NCBI GenBank assembly: GCA_016179745.1
Contig: JACPCP010000019.1
Coordinates: 3,190 to 67,189, forward strand
Source: Candidatus Omnitrophota bacterium
GTDB taxonomy: Bacteria; Omnitrophota; Omnitrophia; Omnitrophales; JACQLI01
Direction: 5' to 3'
DNA length: 64,000 nt
How positions within the stretch are numbered: position 1 is the stretch's first letter; each line of letters begins with the position of its first letter. The notes beneath the pieces were generated by a model, which saw only the letters and a program-made list of their open reading frames with translations, searched no databases and was not told the origin of the DNA. Shown one piece after another: positions 41,828-53,329 of the stretch. The position numbers and the translations under genes were made by a program.

Positions 41828-42280
41828 TTATTTGGAGAGAAGCCCTTTCAGCTCCTTGAGGAAATGATTGATGTCTTTAAACTGGCGGTAGACCGAGGCA
41901 AAGCGGACGTAGGCGACCTGGTCCAGCTTCGCCAGTTTCTCCATAATGAATTCACCGATCGCCGACGAAGACACTTCCTTCTCGTATTTCTCATCGAGCA
42001 TCTTTTCAAGCTCGTCCACAATTTCATCCTGAGCCTCCCGGGAAACGGGCCGCTTCTCGCAGGCCTTTTGGACCCCGGACAAGACCTTCCCCCGGTCATA
42101 GGTCTCACGGCGCTGGTCTTTTTTGATCACCAAGAGCGGGACCTCTTCGACCCGTTCGTAGGTCGTGAAGCGCCGGTTGCAGCCGAGGCACTCCCGGCGC
42201 CGGCGGATCGTAATGCCGTCGGCCGTGGAGCGGGAATCAATGACCTTGTCGTCGGTTTTCTTGCAGTAAGGGCAGCGCAT
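41828..42280 (-). CDS. nrdR: transcriptional repressor NrdR
   Basis: MRCPYCK...DKVIDSR....[16 protein letters not shown] Zn-ribbon plus ATP-cone. Confidence 0.95.
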   Translation of the reverse strand: MRCPYCKKTDDKVIDSRSTADGITIRRRRECLGCNRRFTTYERVEEVPLLVIKKDQRRETYDRGKVLSGVQKACEKRPVSREAQDEIVDELEKMLDEKYEKEVSSSAIGEFIMEKLAKLDQVAYVRFASVYRQFKDINHFLKELKGLLSK

Positions 42281-42288
42281 GAGCCGGG

Positions 42289-43599
42289 TTAATCGAGCAA
42301 TTCCGGATACAAGGGAAACTGCTTCGTCAGGGCCTCCACCTTCGTGCGGACCTGGGACAAGCGGGATTCGTCCGAGGGCGCCGAAAGGGCACGGTCGATC
42401 AGTTCCGCCGTCAATTTCATCTCAGGCTCTTTCATCCCCCGGGTCGTCACGGCCGGCGTCCCGAGCCGGATCCCGGAAGGCTTGAAGGCCGAGCCCTTGT
42501 CAAAGGGAATCATGTTTTTATTGACCGTGATCTTCACCCGGTCCAGGGTCTCCTGACACTCCCGGCCGTTCAGGCCCTTGCCCGAAATATCCACGAGCAT
42601 CAAATGGGTGTCGGTGCCGCCGGAGACAATCCGGTAACCGTGGCCGGCCATCGCCCGGGCGAGGGCCTGGGCGTTCGCCACGACCTGCTTCGCATACCCT
42701 TTAAATTCAGGGGACATGGCCTCCTTCAAGGCTACGGCCTTCGCCGCAATGATGTGCATCAGGGGGCCGCCCTGAATCCCGGGAAAGACGACTTGGTCGA
42801 CCGCCTTCGCATATTTCTCCTGACACAAAATCAAGCCGGCACGGGGCCCCCGCAGTGTTTTGTGGGTGGTGGTTGTGACGACGTCGGAATGAGGGACCGG
42901 ATTCGGATGAACGCCGCCGGCCACGAGGCCGGCAAAGTGCGCCATATCCACCATCAAGAAGGCGCCGACCTTGTCTGCAATTTTCCGGCCCCGGGCGAAA
43001 TCAAGGGTTCGGGGGTAGGCGGAGCCGCCGAGGAGAATCAATTTCGGTTTGTTTTCGACCGCCAGCCGTTCGAGATCGTCATAATCAATCTGCTCGGTCT
43101 TCTCGCTCACGCCGTAGGGAATGATCTGATAATACTTGCCGGAGAAATTCATCGGGTGGCCGTGTGAAAGGTGGCCGCCGTGGGCCAGATTCATGGCCAG
43201 GACCTTGTCCCCCCTTTCGAGGAGGGCCATGAAGACGGCGATATTGGCCGAGGTGCCGGAGTGGGGCTGGACATTGGCGTGTTCGGCGCTGAATAATTTC
43301 TTCGCCCGCTCAATCGCAAGGCTCTCCGCAATGTCTACATTCTCACAGCCCCCATACCAGCGCTTGGCCGGATAGCCTTCGGCGTATTTATTGGTGAGGA
43401 CCGAACCGGCGGCCTCCAGCACGGCCAGAGAAGTGAAGTTCTCGCTCGCAATCAACTCCAGGTTCTCATTCTGGCGGCGGATTTCTTTCTGGATGGCTTC
43501 GTAAATTTCAGGGTCGGTTTGCTTGAGGGCGCTCACGGATTTATCCTTTTTCATAACGGGTGATTTTAGCAAGGCGTCGGGCATGTCTTCCCCCTTCAA
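42289..43599 (-). CDS. glyA: serine hydroxymethyltransferase
   Basis: [33 protein letters not shown] and [12 protein letters not shown] motifs. The true start is probably an internal Met (43584 or 43554), because the long form overlaps rpiB. Confidence 0.95.
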   Translation of the reverse strand: MKGEDMPDALLKSPVMKKDKSVSALKQTDPEIYEAIQKEIRRQNENLELIASENFTSLAVLEAAGSVLTNKYAEGYPAKRWYGGCENVDIAESLAIERAKKLFSAEHANVQPHSGTSANIAVFMALLERGDKVLAMNLAHGGHLSHGHPMNFSGKYYQIIPYGVSEKTEQIDYDDLERLAVENKPKLILLGGSAYPRTLDFARGRKIADKVGAFLMVDMAHFAGLVAGGVHPNPVPHSDVVTTTTHKTLRGPRAGLILCQEKYAKAVDQVVFPGIQGGPLMHIIAAKAVALKEAMSPEFKGYAKQVVANAQALARAMAGHGYRIVSGGTDTHLMLVDISGKGLNGRECQETLDRVKITVNKNMIPFDKGSAFKPSGIRLGTPAVTTRGMKEPEMKLTAELIDRALSAPSDESRLSQVRTKVEALTKQFPLYPELLD

Positions 43600-43993
43600 A
43601 TGGAGTTTTCAGCCAGGTTTCGATGATTTTCTTTGCCAGGGCCGGCTTGACGAAGCCGGCGCCCAAGACCAGCACGTTGGAATCGTTGTGGGCCCGGGAG
43701 AGCCCGGCCTGCTCGACATTCTGGACCAGGGCCGCACGCACCCCCCTGACTTTATTCGCCATAATGGCGCTTCCGATGCCGGTATGACAAACCACAATCG
43801 CACGGCCGGCCTTCTTCCGGGACACGGCCTGGGCCGCCTTCAGGATAAAATCCGGATAATCGCAGGACTCCTCCGAATGCGTGCCGTAATCCGTCACGGA
43901 AAACCGCTTCCGTTTAAGAAACCGGACGATTTCCTCCTTTAAGGGAAACCCACGGTGGTCCGCCCCCAGCGCTATTCGACGATTTCGTTCCAT
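43541..43993 (-). CDS. rpiB: ribose-5-phosphate isomerase B
   Basis: 150-aa ORF; [17 protein letters not shown] and ..[20 protein letters not shown].. motifs. Confidence 0.9.
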   Translation of the reverse strand: MERNRRIALGADHRGFPLKEEIVRFLKRKRFSVTDYGTHSEESCDYPDFILKAAQAVSRKKAGRAIVVCHTGIGSAIMANKVRGVRAALVQNVEQAGLSRAHNDSNVLVLGAGFVKPALAKKIIETWLKTPFEGGRHARRLAKITRYEKG

Positions 43994-45027
43994 AGTTTCT
44001 TCAATTGATCTTCCAGACTTTTGACGACCTCCTCATAGACAGGGATACCCTGGCCGATCGGGTCTTTGATATCGAGGACCTTTATTTTTGCCTTGATGCC
44101 GGGCACGAGGCCCGCCAGAAAATCGCAATGCTCCTGGGCCATGGCAATGATGAGGTCGGCATTCATCACGTCCTCACGCCGGCAGACCCGGGAGCGGTGG
44201 CTGGAAATATCGATTTCCCGGTTTTTCATCACCAAAATGGCCTCACTCGTGGCCGTGGCACCGTCCCGGGCGAGAATTCCGCAAGTCACAATCTCGACTT
44301 CCCGGTCGAGACGCCGGCGCTTGAGCTCATCGGTTAAAAGCCCGGCCGCCATCGGCGAGCGGCAGGAATTGCCGGTGCAGACCACGAGGACCCGTTTGCG
44401 TGGAATCTTCCCCGATTGAATATCCTCCATCGCCTGCTTGACGGCCCCAAGCTCTGCGCCTTCCCGTAAAATTTCGGGCGGATTGACCGTGACATCGACC
44501 ACGGTGGAATCCGTCCCCACGTCGCAGGGCCCGGCATCAATGACGAAATCGATATCTCCTCCTAGCGCCTGAATGGCTTCTTCCGCCGTCTTGGGCGAGG
44601 GTTCGCCCGAACGATTGGCGCTTGTGGCGATAAAGGGTTCCCCGCTGGAGGCAATCAACGTGCAGGCCGGAAGACTCCGGGGGTAACGGATCCCGATCTT
44701 CTCCCCCTTTTCCGTCTCGACCACCAGGGTGAGCGGGCCCGGCCAAAAACGTTTCGAAAGATACCGGAAGGCGGGGTTCCTTTTGATATTGAGAAAGGGC
44801 AACTGGTCCCAATCGCCGATGTGGTAGGCCATGGGCTTCGACCGGTCTCGGCCTTTGATTTGGTAAAGCCGTTCGAGCGCCTGCTCCTTGGAGGCCGGCA
44901 CTCCGATGCCGTAAACCGTCTCGGTGGGAAAGGCGACAATTTTTCCCCCACGGGCCGATTGGGCGACCTCCCGGATCGCTTTCAGGTCAGGGTCCTTGGG
45001 GTTAAACCGAATGACGGTGGGTTTCAA
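43972..45027 (-). CDS. tsaC: fusion of L-threonylcarbamoyladenylate synthase (TsaC/YrdC domain) and low-molecular-weight protein phosphatase
   Basis: N-terminal YrdC signature (GGKIVAFPTETVYGIGV ... ATSANRSGEPSP). The C-terminal ~150 aa carry the LMW-PTP P-loop VLVVCTGNSCRSPMA and DPIG. Confidence 0.85.
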   Translation of the reverse strand: MKPTVIRFNPKDPDLKAIREVAQSARGGKIVAFPTETVYGIGVPASKEQALERLYQIKGRDRSKPMAYHIGDWDQLPFLNIKRNPAFRYLSKRFWPGPLTLVVETEKGEKIGIRYPRSLPACTLIASSGEPFIATSANRSGEPSPKTAEEAIQALGGDIDFVIDAGPCDVGTDSTVVDVTVNPPEILREGAELGAVKQAMEDIQSGKIPRKRVLVVCTGNSCRSPMAAGLLTDELKRRRLDREVEIVTCGILARDGATATSEAILVMKNREIDISSHRSRVCRREDVMNADLIIAMAQEHCDFLAGLVPGIKAKIKVLDIKDPIGQGIPVYEEVVKSLEDQLKKLWNEIVE

Positions 45028-45031
45028 TGCG

Positions 45032-45538
45032 CTAGGACTGATTTTGTTTCTCGATTTCCCGGTTCTTCTTCCGAATGCCTTCTGCCAACTTCTCTTTGTA
45101 ACGGTCGAGCTTCTCCGGGAGGGCCTTGTCGCTTAAGGCCAGAATCTGACAGGCCAGAAGCGCAGCGTTCTTGGCGCCGGATTTTCCCACGGCCACGGTC
45201 GCCACCGGAGTTCCCGAGGGCATCTGAACCGTGGCAAGAAGGGCGTCGAGTCCGTTCAAGGGGGAAGAATTGATCGGGACACCGATCACGGGCAGGGTGG
45301 TCTGTGCCGCCACGGCCCCGGCCAGGTGGGCGGCGCCGCCGGCTCCGCAAATAAAAACCTGCACCCCTCTCGGTCCCGCCGCCTTTACAAACTCCCGGAC
45401 ATCTTCCGGGCTCCGGTGCGCCGAGAGCACTTTGACTTCATACGCCACGCCGAAATCCTTCAAGACCTGGGCCGCCTCGTTCATCACGTCCAAGTCCGAA
45501 TCGCTGCCCATCAAAATGGCGACTTTGGCGTTATTCAC
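45032..45538 (-). CDS. purE: 5-(carboxyamino)imidazole ribonucleotide mutase
   Basis: VAILMGSDSD..VM, SAHR.P and AGGAAHL.G..A..T..PVIGVP motifs. GTG start at 45538 is preferred (GGGAGAG RBS); the ATG form to 45595 overlaps purD. Confidence 0.9.
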   Translation of the reverse strand: MNNAKVAILMGSDSDLDVMNEAAQVLKDFGVAYEVKVLSAHRSPEDVREFVKAAGPRGVQVFICGAGGAAHLAGAVAAQTTLPVIGVPINSSPLNGLDALLATVQMPSGTPVATVAVGKSGAKNAALLACQILALSDKALPEKLDRYKEKLAEGIRKKNREIEKQNQS

Positions 45539-45560
45539 TGTGAATCTCTCCCGGGCCTCG

Positions 45561-46844
45561 TCAAGACCGCACACTCTCAAGCGCTTTTCTTGCAATGTCC
45601 CGGCGGAAGTGGGCCCCCTCGAAACGGATCTGATAGACCGCCTGATAGACCCTCTCCTGCGCCGCCTTCAGGGTTTCTCCGAGCGCCGTCACGGAAAGCA
45701 CCCGTCCGCCCGAGGTGACCACCTCTCCTTTTTCATTCCTCGCCGTTCCGGCGTGAAAAACAAACGTGTCGTCCCGGCCCCCGGTTTCAACAAGCCCTGA
45801 AATCGGAATCCCTTTGGAATAGGCGCCGGGATAACCCCCGGAGGCCAGCACCACATTGACGGAAGAGCGCTCGTCCCAATCCAGGCTCGTGGAAGGAATT
45901 CGTCCGGCTGAAATTTCCAAAAAAATCGGCAGGAGGTCCGATTTGAGACGGGGCAGGACCGCCTGGGTCTCCGGATCCCCGAACCGGCAGTTGTATTCCA
46001 AAACCGACGGACCGTTTTTCGTCAGCATCAGACCGGCATAGAGAACGCCCCGGTAGGGCTTGCCTTCCCTGGCCAGCGTGGCCAGGACCGGCCGCACCGT
46101 CCGGTCGAGCACCTTGTTGAAATCTTCGTTGGAGAGAAAGGGGCACGGCGAATAGGCGCCCATGCCGCCCGTGTTCGGGCCCCGGTCCTTGTCGAAAACC
46201 CGTTTGTGGTCCTGGGCCCCGGCAAGCGGGATGATATTTTCTCCGTCCGTCAGGACCAGGACCGAAACTTCCTCGCCTTCAAGCCGCTCTTCCACCAAAA
46301 CCCGTTTGCCGGCAGCGCCGAGGCTCTCCCGCTCCATAAAACGAGTGATGACCTCCACGGCTTCTTCGCACGTGTCGACCACTTCGACGCCCTTGCCGGC
46401 GGCCAGGCCGTCAGCCTTGATCACAAAAGGGGGCTCGGATTCGACCAGGTAGTGTTTGGCATCGGCGGCCTTGTCGAAAATTTTGAATTCGGCCGTGGGA
46501 ACCCCGGCCCGGACCATCAGTTCCTTGGCAAATATCTTGCTGCCTTCAATCTGGGCGGCGGTCCGGGAAGGCCCGAAGATTTTGAGCCCTTCCTGCTGGA
46601 ACCCGTCCACGATCCCGGCCACGAGCGGCGCCTCGGGGCCGACAAGGGTCAAATCGATTTCTTTCTCCCGGGCAAATTGAATCAGGCGGTCGATCTCCTC
46701 GGCGCCGATCGGCACACATTCGGCAAGATCGCCGATGCCGGCATTCCCGGGAGCAGCGTAAAGTTTGGACAAAAAAGGGCTTTGGCGAAGTTTCCAGGCG
46801 AGGGCATGTTCCCGGCCGCCGGAACCGATCAAAAGGACCTTCAT
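45561..46844 (-). CDS. purD: phosphoribosylamine-glycine ligase
   Basis: MKVLLIGSGGREHALAWKL..S and ..PGNAG.. motifs; ATP-grasp layout; 427 aa. Confidence 0.95.
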   Translation of the reverse strand: MKVLLIGSGGREHALAWKLRQSPFLSKLYAAPGNAGIGDLAECVPIGAEEIDRLIQFAREKEIDLTLVGPEAPLVAGIVDGFQQEGLKIFGPSRTAAQIEGSKIFAKELMVRAGVPTAEFKIFDKAADAKHYLVESEPPFVIKADGLAAGKGVEVVDTCEEAVEVITRFMERESLGAAGKRVLVEERLEGEEVSVLVLTDGENIIPLAGAQDHKRVFDKDRGPNTGGMGAYSPCPFLSNEDFNKVLDRTVRPVLATLAREGKPYRGVLYAGLMLTKNGPSVLEYNCRFGDPETQAVLPRLKSDLLPIFLEISAGRIPSTSLDWDERSSVNVVLASGGYPGAYSKGIPISGLVETGGRDDTFVFHAGTARNEKGEVVTSGGRVLSVTALGETLKAAQERVYQAVYQIRFEGAHFRRDIARKALESVRS

Positions 46845-47842
46845 CGAACCTCCACCCCCTTTCCTTTGACGACTTCCCCGATTTCCCAGCTTGCGAGCCT
46901 GAAGCGGGAAAGAACTTTTTGCGCCGGTTTGACTGCGCCCCGCTCCACCACCAGAATCAGTCCAATCCCCAGGTTGAACGTCCGGAACATTTCGAAGTTC
47001 GATATGCTACCACGAACCTGAACCGTCCGAAAGAGCCTCGGCGAGTGCCAGCTTGTCCGGTCGATTCGAACGCCGAGACCCTCCGGCAAAATCCTCGGCA
47101 GATTGTCATAAAAGGCGCCGCCCGTGATGTTGGCAATCCCCCGCACCGGGATTCGTTTCAGAAGCGCCAGCACCGGCCTCACGTAAATCCGGGTCGGCGT
47201 CAAAAGCTCCTTCCCGAGGGGTCCCTTGAGCTCCCTTTCCGAAAAAATCTTTCGAAGGAGCGAGTAACCGTTCGAATGAAAACCGGACGAGGCGAGGCCG
47301 AGCAGCCGGTCCCCGGCCCGGATTTTCCGACCGTCAATGACCTGGCTCCGTCCGACCACCCCGACGGCAAATCCGGCCAGATCGTATTTCGAATCGCCGT
47401 AAAAGCCCGGCATAATCGCCGTCTCTCCGCCCACCAGGGCCGAGCCCGCCTGGCGGCAGCCCGTCACGATCCCCTTGAGGACTTCGGCTGTCACCGGAGG
47501 ATTGAATTTGCCGGTCGCAAAGTAATCTAAAAAGAAAAGCGGACGGGCGCCCGTCGTAATCAGGTCATTCACACACATCGCCACCAGATCAATTCCGATC
47601 GTGTCGTGCCGTTTGAGGAGCCTGGCCAGCTCCAGTTTGGTCCCGACCCCGTCGGTCGTCGAGACCAGGATCGGATCCCGCACCCCGGTTTTTTTCAGGT
47701 CAAAGAGCGAGGAAAACCCTCCCGGCTTCCCCAAAACACCCGGCACCCGGGACCGGTTCACCAGCGCCCGAATTTTTCGGTTGTAACCCGGATCGCCTTT
47801 CAGGTGCGGCACCCCCGCCTTTTCGTAAGTCCACGCACCCAT
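46841..47842 (-). CDS. purM: phosphoribosylformylglycinamidine cyclo-ligase (AIR synthetase)
   Basis: ..TDGVGTKL..A......DTIGIDLVAMCVNDL and HSNGYSL.RK motifs. Confidence 0.95.
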   Translation of the reverse strand: MGAWTYEKAGVPHLKGDPGYNRKIRALVNRSRVPGVLGKPGGFSSLFDLKKTGVRDPILVSTTDGVGTKLELARLLKRHDTIGIDLVAMCVNDLITTGARPLFFLDYFATGKFNPPVTAEVLKGIVTGCRQAGSALVGGETAIMPGFYGDSKYDLAGFAVGVVGRSQVIDGRKIRAGDRLLGLASSGFHSNGYSLLRKIFSERELKGPLGKELLTPTRIYVRPVLALLKRIPVRGIANITGGAFYDNLPRILPEGLGVRIDRTSWHSPRLFRTVQVRGSISNFEMFRTFNLGIGLILVVERGAVKPAQKVLSRFRLASWEIGEVVKGKGVEVR

Positions 47843-49258
47843 TTAGCATTTCCTCTCCAGTTTGAATTTGTCGGATTCGTCGGAAAGGGGGGTCGGGTAT
47901 TCGCCCGTCCAGCAGGCCGTGCAAAAATTTTCCCGGGCTTCCGGGACGCCGCCGGAGACGGCCTCCAGCAGGCCCTTCGTGCTCAAATAGCCGATCGACT
48001 CGACGTCCAGAAATTTTTTGATCTCCTCCATCGAATGCGTGGAAGCGAGAAGTTCCTCTTTCGAGGGGAAATCAATCCCGTAATAGCAGGGCGAGATGTG
48101 GGGCGGGCAGCTGATTCGCATGTGGACTTCTTTGGCGCCCGCCTTGCGGAGGAGTTTGACCCGGGAGCGGGACGTATTGCCCCGGACAATCGAATCGTCC
48201 ACCACCACCACCCGCTTGCCCTCCACCGTGTCCCGAATGGGATTCAGTTTAATTTTGACTTTGAGCATCCTGACGGACTGCGTCGGGTTGATAAAGGTGC
48301 GCCCAATGTAGTGATTGCGGGTAAAACCGTGGGCTAGGGGAATTCCGGATTCATTGGAATAGCCGAGCGCCGCCGAATTTCCCGAGTCCGGCACCGGGAT
48401 CACGATATCGGCCAGGGCCGGATGCTCCTTGGCCAGAATCCGCCCGAGCCGCTGCCGCACCGTGGCGACGTTCTGGCCGAAGATCCTCGAATCGGGCCTT
48501 GCGAAATAAACGTGCTCGAAGGCACAGTGGGCCTTCCGGGCGCCCTCCCGTTTGAAGGGAAAGAAACTTCGGGGGCCTTGTTCATTGATGAAAACCACCT
48601 CGCCTGCCTCAATCTCACGAATAAATTCGGCCTCGACCAGTTCCAGGGCGCAGTTCTCACTCGCCAGGACCCAGGCGCCGTCCAGTTTCCCGAGACAGAG
48701 CGGCCGAAAGCCGTAGGGGTCCCGGACCCCGACCAGCATGTCTTCCATTAAAAGCGTCAGCGTGAAGGCCCCTTCCATTCGCTTGACCGTTTCAAGGACG
48801 CTTTCTTCCCGGGTGGAATACTTCGGTTTCGCCATCAGGTGCACAATGATTTCAGAATCCGTCGAGCCCGTAAAAATCGAGCCGTAGGCCTCAAGCTGGT
48901 CACGAAGGTATTTGGCGTTGACCAGGTTTCCGTTGTGGGCGACGGCCACCTGCCCCCGGGAATAATCCACCTTGATCGGCTGGGCATTATTGAGCGTGCT
49001 GGACCCGGTGGTGGAATAGCGGACGTGTCCGATGGCGGAACGGCCCGGGAGTTTTTTCAGAACGTCTTCATTAAAGATGTCCCCCACCAGGCCGAGCTGT
49101 TTGTAGACCCGGAGCTCTTTTCCGTCCGAGGTGCAAATTCCGGCCGACTCCTCGCCCCGGTGCTGCAGCGCAAAGAGGCCGAGATAGGTGATCTCCGCCG
49201 CCTTCGGATGCCCGTAAATTCCAAATACCCCGCAATGGTCTTTGACTTCGTCAGACAC
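47843..49258 (-). CDS. purF: amidophosphoribosyltransferase
   Basis: N-terminal ..HCGVFGI.. (Ntn Cys), HRGEESAG, the PRTase loop [14 protein letters not shown], and C-terminal Cys residues. Confidence 0.95.
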   Translation of the reverse strand: MSDEVKDHCGVFGIYGHPKAAEITYLGLFALQHRGEESAGICTSDGKELRVYKQLGLVGDIFNEDVLKKLPGRSAIGHVRYSTTGSSTLNNAQPIKVDYSRGQVAVAHNGNLVNAKYLRDQLEAYGSIFTGSTDSEIIVHLMAKPKYSTREESVLETVKRMEGAFTLTLLMEDMLVGVRDPYGFRPLCLGKLDGAWVLASENCALELVEAEFIREIEAGEVVFINEQGPRSFFPFKREGARKAHCAFEHVYFARPDSRIFGQNVATVRQRLGRILAKEHPALADIVIPVPDSGNSAALGYSNESGIPLAHGFTRNHYIGRTFINPTQSVRMLKVKIKLNPIRDTVEGKRVVVVDDSIVRGNTSRSRVKLLRKAGAKEVHMRISCPPHISPCYYGIDFPSKEELLASTHSMEEIKKFLDVESIGYLSTKGLLEAVSGGVPEARENFCTACWTGEYPTPLSDESDKFKLERKC

Positions 49259-51485
49259 CTTGCCCCCCCAGTCTCCTCGGAATAGCGTTTTTCCAGATCG
49301 TCAATGCCTCGTCGACCTCCAGCTCAATCAAATCTTCGATCACAAGCCGCCTGCCCCCCACCCTGCCGATTTGGTAAATGGAAATCCCGTAATCTTGAGC
49401 GAGGCGGATCACGGCCTCCTTGTGCTTCGGATCCCCGCTGATCAAAACCCGGGACTGCGTTTCGCCAAAAAGCAGGGCGTCGAGCCGGATCCTTCCGTTC
49501 ATCAGTTCCACGTTGGAAATCCGGGCCCCGATTTTCTTCCCGCCGAACGAACATTCGGCCAGGGCCACGGCCAGGCCGCCTTCCGAAAGGTCATGCGCCG
49601 ATCGGAGGATTCGGGCCGGGGCCGCTTCCTGAAAAAAGGAGTGGAGGCCCGCCTCCTTCTCCAGATCGCAGCGGGGCGGAAGCCCCTGCTTCAGGCCGTG
49701 GATCAAAGCCAGGTAAGCGCTCCCCCCGATTTCATTTCGGGTGTCGCCCAAAAGAAAAATCAAATCGCCTTCTTTTTGGAAAAAAGAGGGGATCCGGTTT
49801 TCGAGGTCGTCTAAAATCCCGACCATCCCGATCGTAGGCGTGGGATAGATTGCGCCCCGGGGGCTCTCGTTGTAAAAACTGACATTGCCGCCGGTGACCG
49901 GGGTCTTAAACCTTCGGGCGGCCTCTGACATCCCTTGAACACATTGGTGAAACTGCCAGAAGATGTCGGGTTTCATCGGATTCCCGAAATTAAGACAGTT
50001 GGTGAGCCCGAGCGGACGGGCCCCGGTGACGGCCACATTGCGTGCGGCCTCGGCCACGGCGATTTTCCCTCCCTCGTAGGGATCGAGGTAACAATAAAGC
50101 CCGTTCGAATCCGTGGAAACGGCAATCGCCTTCCGGGTCCCCTTGATTCGAATCAAAGCGGCGTCGTGACCCGGAAGAAAAACGGTATCGGTCCGGACCA
50201 TGTGATCATACTGCCGCCAGACCCACTCTTTGGAGGCGATCGAGGGTTCGTCGAGGAGCCGCTTGAGGGTGTCCGTAAAATTTTCCGGGACCGGGATTTT
50301 TCCAAGGTCGAGTTTCCCGGTTTCGTCCAGGTAGGCCGGCCGCTCCTCCTCCCGGGTGTAAAGCGGGGCCTCATCGGCCAAGGCCTTGGCCGAAATCTCG
50401 GCAACCAGTTTTCCCTCGTCATAGACCTTCATCAAATGTCCGGAATCCACCTCTCCGATCGGGACGGCGTGGAGGTCCCATTTGGCAAAGATATCTTCAA
50501 CAATTTTCTCTTTCCCCTTTTTTGCGATGACAAGCATCCGCTCCTGCGACTCGGAAAGCATCACCTCGTAAGGGATCATCCCCGTTTCCCGTCTCGGAAC
50601 TTTGGCAACGTCGATGGCGATTCCGGTATTGCCCCGGGCCGCTGTCTCGCACGTGGAACACGTGAGGCCGGCCGCCCCCATATCCTGCATGGCCACGAGG
50701 GCGTCGGTCTTCGCAAGCTCCAGACACGCTTCAAGCAGGAGCTTTTCCATAAAGGGATCGCCGACCTGGACCGCCGGCCGGTCTTCCTCGCTCTCCTCGG
50801 TCAATTCCCTCGAGGCAAAGCTGGCGCCGCCCAACCCGTCACGGCCCGTGGCCGAACCCACGTAATAAACTTTATTGCCGACCCCCGAGGCCTTGGCCAG
50901 GGCCATCTCCCCTTTCCGGACAATCCCAAGGCAAAGGGCATTCACCAGAGGGTTCCCTTCATAAGCCTCGTCGAAATAGACTTCCCCGCCCACGGTCGGG
51001 ACGCCCATGCAATTGCCGTAATGGGCGATTCCGGCCACAACCCCTTTAAAATGGCGCCGGCTTTCGGCGGACTCAAGCGGGCCGAACCGGAGCGAATCCA
51101 TTAAAAGCACGGGCCGGGCGCCCATCGTAAAAATGTCTCGCAGGATTCCCCCGACGCCGGTCGCTGCGCCCTGAAAAGGCTCCACGGCCGAGGGGTGATT
51201 GTGGCTTTCGATCTTGAAAACCAAGGCGAGGCCGTCACCGATATCCAGGGCGCCGGCATTCTCTTCGCCGGCCTTCACCAGAATGCCCTCGCCTTCGGTC
51301 GGGAGGCGTTTCAAAATTTTCCGGGAATTTTTGTAGGAGCAATGCTCGGACCACATGACGCTGAAGATCCCGAGCTCGGTGAAATTGGGCTCCCGCCCGA
51401 GGAGGCTCAAAATTCTTTGATATTCTTCTTCGGTGAGCCCGTGCCCGGCCACGGCCTCGGGCGTCACGCCATCAAACTTTCCCAT
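49251..51485 (-). CDS. purL: phosphoribosylformylglycinamidine synthase subunit PurL
   Basis: 744-aa ORF; ..SEHCSYK.S...L, ESHNHPS..EP..GA.TGVGGI.RD motifs. Confidence 0.95.
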   Translation of the reverse strand: MGKFDGVTPEAVAGHGLTEEEYQRILSLLGREPNFTELGIFSVMWSEHCSYKNSRKILKRLPTEGEGILVKAGEENAGALDIGDGLALVFKIESHNHPSAVEPFQGAATGVGGILRDIFTMGARPVLLMDSLRFGPLESAESRRHFKGVVAGIAHYGNCMGVPTVGGEVYFDEAYEGNPLVNALCLGIVRKGEMALAKASGVGNKVYYVGSATGRDGLGGASFASRELTEESEEDRPAVQVGDPFMEKLLLEACLELAKTDALVAMQDMGAAGLTCSTCETAARGNTGIAIDVAKVPRRETGMIPYEVMLSESQERMLVIAKKGKEKIVEDIFAKWDLHAVPIGEVDSGHLMKVYDEGKLVAEISAKALADEAPLYTREEERPAYLDETGKLDLGKIPVPENFTDTLKRLLDEPSIASKEWVWRQYDHMVRTDTVFLPGHDAALIRIKGTRKAIAVSTDSNGLYCYLDPYEGGKIAVAEAARNVAVTGARPLGLTNCLNFGNPMKPDIFWQFHQCVQGMSEAARRFKTPVTGGNVSFYNESPRGAIYPTPTIGMVGILDDLENRIPSFFQKEGDLIFLLGDTRNEIGGSAYLALIHGLKQGLPPRCDLEKEAGLHSFFQEAAPARILRSAHDLSEGGLAVALAECSFGGKKIGARISNVELMNGRIRLDALLFGETQSRVLISGDPKHKEAVIRLAQDYGISIYQIGRVGGRRLVIEDLIELEVDEALTIWKNAIPRRLGGQGV

Positions 51486-52144
51486 ATTTTCTTTCCGTCC
51501 TCGCTGCCCAAGACCGATTCGCCCGCCCGCTCCGGGTGAGGCATCAAGCCCAGGACGTTCCGGCCTTCGTTTAAGATCCCCGCAATATGGTCCACGGACC
51601 CGTTCGGATTAAATTCATCACCGAGCCGGCCGTCCGTTGACGAATATCGAAAAGCAATCCGGTCTTCATCCTGAAGCCGCCTCAAGGTGTCGGGCGAGCA
51701 AAAATAATTTCCCTCGCCGTGGGCGATCGGAAGGCCGAGGACCCGGCCTTTTTCGAGCCGATTGGTGAAAGGAGACTTTGCCGTCTCGGTCCGGAGAAAA
51801 ACGTGATCGCAAATGAAGGAAAGCGATTGGTTTCGAAGCATCGCCCCCGGCAGAAGCCCTGCCTCCAAAAGAATTTGGAAGCCGTTGCAGATGCCGATCA
51901 CGGGACGGCCCTCCCGGGCGTGCCGGGCCACGGCCTCCATCGCCGGGGCAAACCGGGCAATGGCCCCGGTGCGGAGGTAATCGCCGTAACTAAATCCTCC
52001 GGGGAGAACGAGGAGGTCGCATTTCGGGAGATTTTTCTCCTTGTGCCAAAAATACCGGACCTCGGCCCCGGCCACGTCCCGGAGGGCGTGGAAACAGTCT
52101 TCGTCACAATTGGAGCCCGGGAACACGACCACGGCGGCTTTCAT
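51464..52144 (-). CDS. purQ: phosphoribosylformylglycinamidine synthase subunit PurQ (glutaminase)
   Basis: Start chosen at [22 protein letters not shown] catalytic Cys and MPHPER motif. The ORF is open to 52213. Confidence 0.9.
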   Translation of the reverse strand: MKAAVVVFPGSNCDEDCFHALRDVAGAEVRYFWHKEKNLPKCDLLVLPGGFSYGDYLRTGAIARFAPAMEAVARHAREGRPVIGICNGFQILLEAGLLPGAMLRNQSLSFICDHVFLRTETAKSPFTNRLEKGRVLGLPIAHGEGNYFCSPDTLRRLQDEDRIAFRYSSTDGRLGDEFNPNGSVDHIAGILNEGRNVLGLMPHPERAGESVLGSEDGKKIWESLMA

Positions 52145-52398
52145 CGTCCCTCCCCTTCCAGGGAAATGAGTTCGTATTTTTCGATGACGGGATTCACGAG
52201 AAGTTTGTCGCAAATTTTCCGGACGTGCTCTTCGGCCTGGGCCCGGTTGGAGGTGTCAAGGTTCAAGACAAAATATTTCCCGACCCGGACATCCTTGACG
52301 CCATTGATCCCAAGCGTCCCAAGGGCATTCAGAATCGTCTTCCCCTGCGGGTCCAGGACCGACTCTTTTAACGTGACGTTTATTTTGGCTTTAAACAT
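52141..52398 (-). CDS. purS: phosphoribosylformylglycinamidine synthase subunit PurS
   Basis: 85-aa ORF; ..V.LK..VLDPQG......L..LG......VR.GK......... pattern; lies between purC and purQ. Confidence 0.85.
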   Translation of the reverse strand: MFKAKINVTLKESVLDPQGKTILNALGTLGINGVKDVRVGKYFVLNLDTSNRAQAEEHVRKICDKLLVNPVIEKYELISLEGEGR

Positions 52399-52405
52399 TT
52401 CGACC

Positions 52406-53329
52406 TCAGACGACTTCCTTTCCCGTCAAACGCCGGTAAATTTCCCGGTAGGCACGGCTGGTTTTCTCGATCACCTCCGCCGGCAATTTCGGGCCAGGCG
52501 GCTTCTGGTTCCACGTGAGCGTTAAAAGGTAATTCCTGACAATCTGTTTGTCGAAACTCGGCTGGTCACGGCCCGGCCCGTAACCTTCCTTCGGCCAAAA
52601 GCGGGAGCTGTCCGGCGTCAGCGCCTCGTCGATCAGAACGATTTCATTTTTGATGAGGCCAAATTCAAACTTCGTATCGGCGATCAGAATCCCCTTCGTC
52701 TCGGCGTAGTCCCGGCCCCTCTCGTAAAGCCCCAGACTCAGCGCCTCAACCTTCCTGGCCGTTCCCTCGCCAATCCGGCTCACGGTCTCCTCGAAACTGA
52801 TATTCTCATCGTGCCCCGTCACAGCTTTCGTGGCCGGCGTGAAAATCGGTTTCGAGAGCTTCTGGCACTGTTGGAGACCGGCCGGAAGTTTGTGGCCCGA
52901 GGTGGCGCCGGTTTTCAAATAATCTTTCCAGCCCGAACCGGTAAGATACCCCCGGATCACACATTCCACCGAAAGAGGTTGGGCCCGTCTCACGAGCATT
53001 GAACGGCCCTCGAGAAGAGAGCCAAATTTTTCCTTCACTTCGGCCGGCAAATTCATCTCGTCGACCTCGGCCGTGATCAAATGATTGGGAACGATCGATT
53101 TCAAATGATCAAACCAAAAGACGGAAATTTGCGTGAGGACCTTTCCCTTAAAAGGAATGGGGTCCGGCAGGACGACATCGAAGGCGCTCAGACGGTCGGT
53201 CGTGACAATCAAAAGCCGGTCCCCGCCCACGGCATAAATGTCACGCACCTTTCCCCGGCCCACGAGGGGCAGCGGCAGCTTCGTCTCCCAGACTGTTTCG
53301 ATTCTGGCGGCGCTCGTCGTCATCTTCAA
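52406..53329 (-). CDS. purC: phosphoribosylaminoimidazole-succinocarboxamide synthase
   Basis: GKVRDIY......LL.V.TDR.SAFD and ..LIADTKFEFG.. motifs. Confidence 0.9.
   Translation of the reverse strand: MKMTTSAARIETVWETKLPLPLVGRGKVRDIYAVGGDRLLIVTTDRLSAFDVVLPDPIPFKGKVLTQISVFWFDHLKSIVPNHLITAEVDEMNLPAEVKEKFGSLLEGRSMLVRRAQPLSVECVIRGYLTGSGWKDYLKTGATSGHKLPAGLQQCQKLSKPIFTPATKAVTGHDENISFEETVSRIGEGTARKVEALSLGLYERGRDYAETKGILIADTKFEFGLIKNEIVLIDEALTPDSSRFWPKEGYGPGRDQPSFDKQIVRNYLLTLTWNQKPPGPKLPAEVIEKTSRAYREIYRRLTGKEVV

Noticed and set aside
49935-51104. 389-aa plus-strand ORF (similar long ORFs at 45231-45800, 46206-47021, 53368-54285, 55983-56915)
   Set aside because: All are antisense to or out of frame with confidently identified genes (purL, purE/purD, purB, ligA). 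No motifs were recognised, and the composition is that of shadow ORFs.
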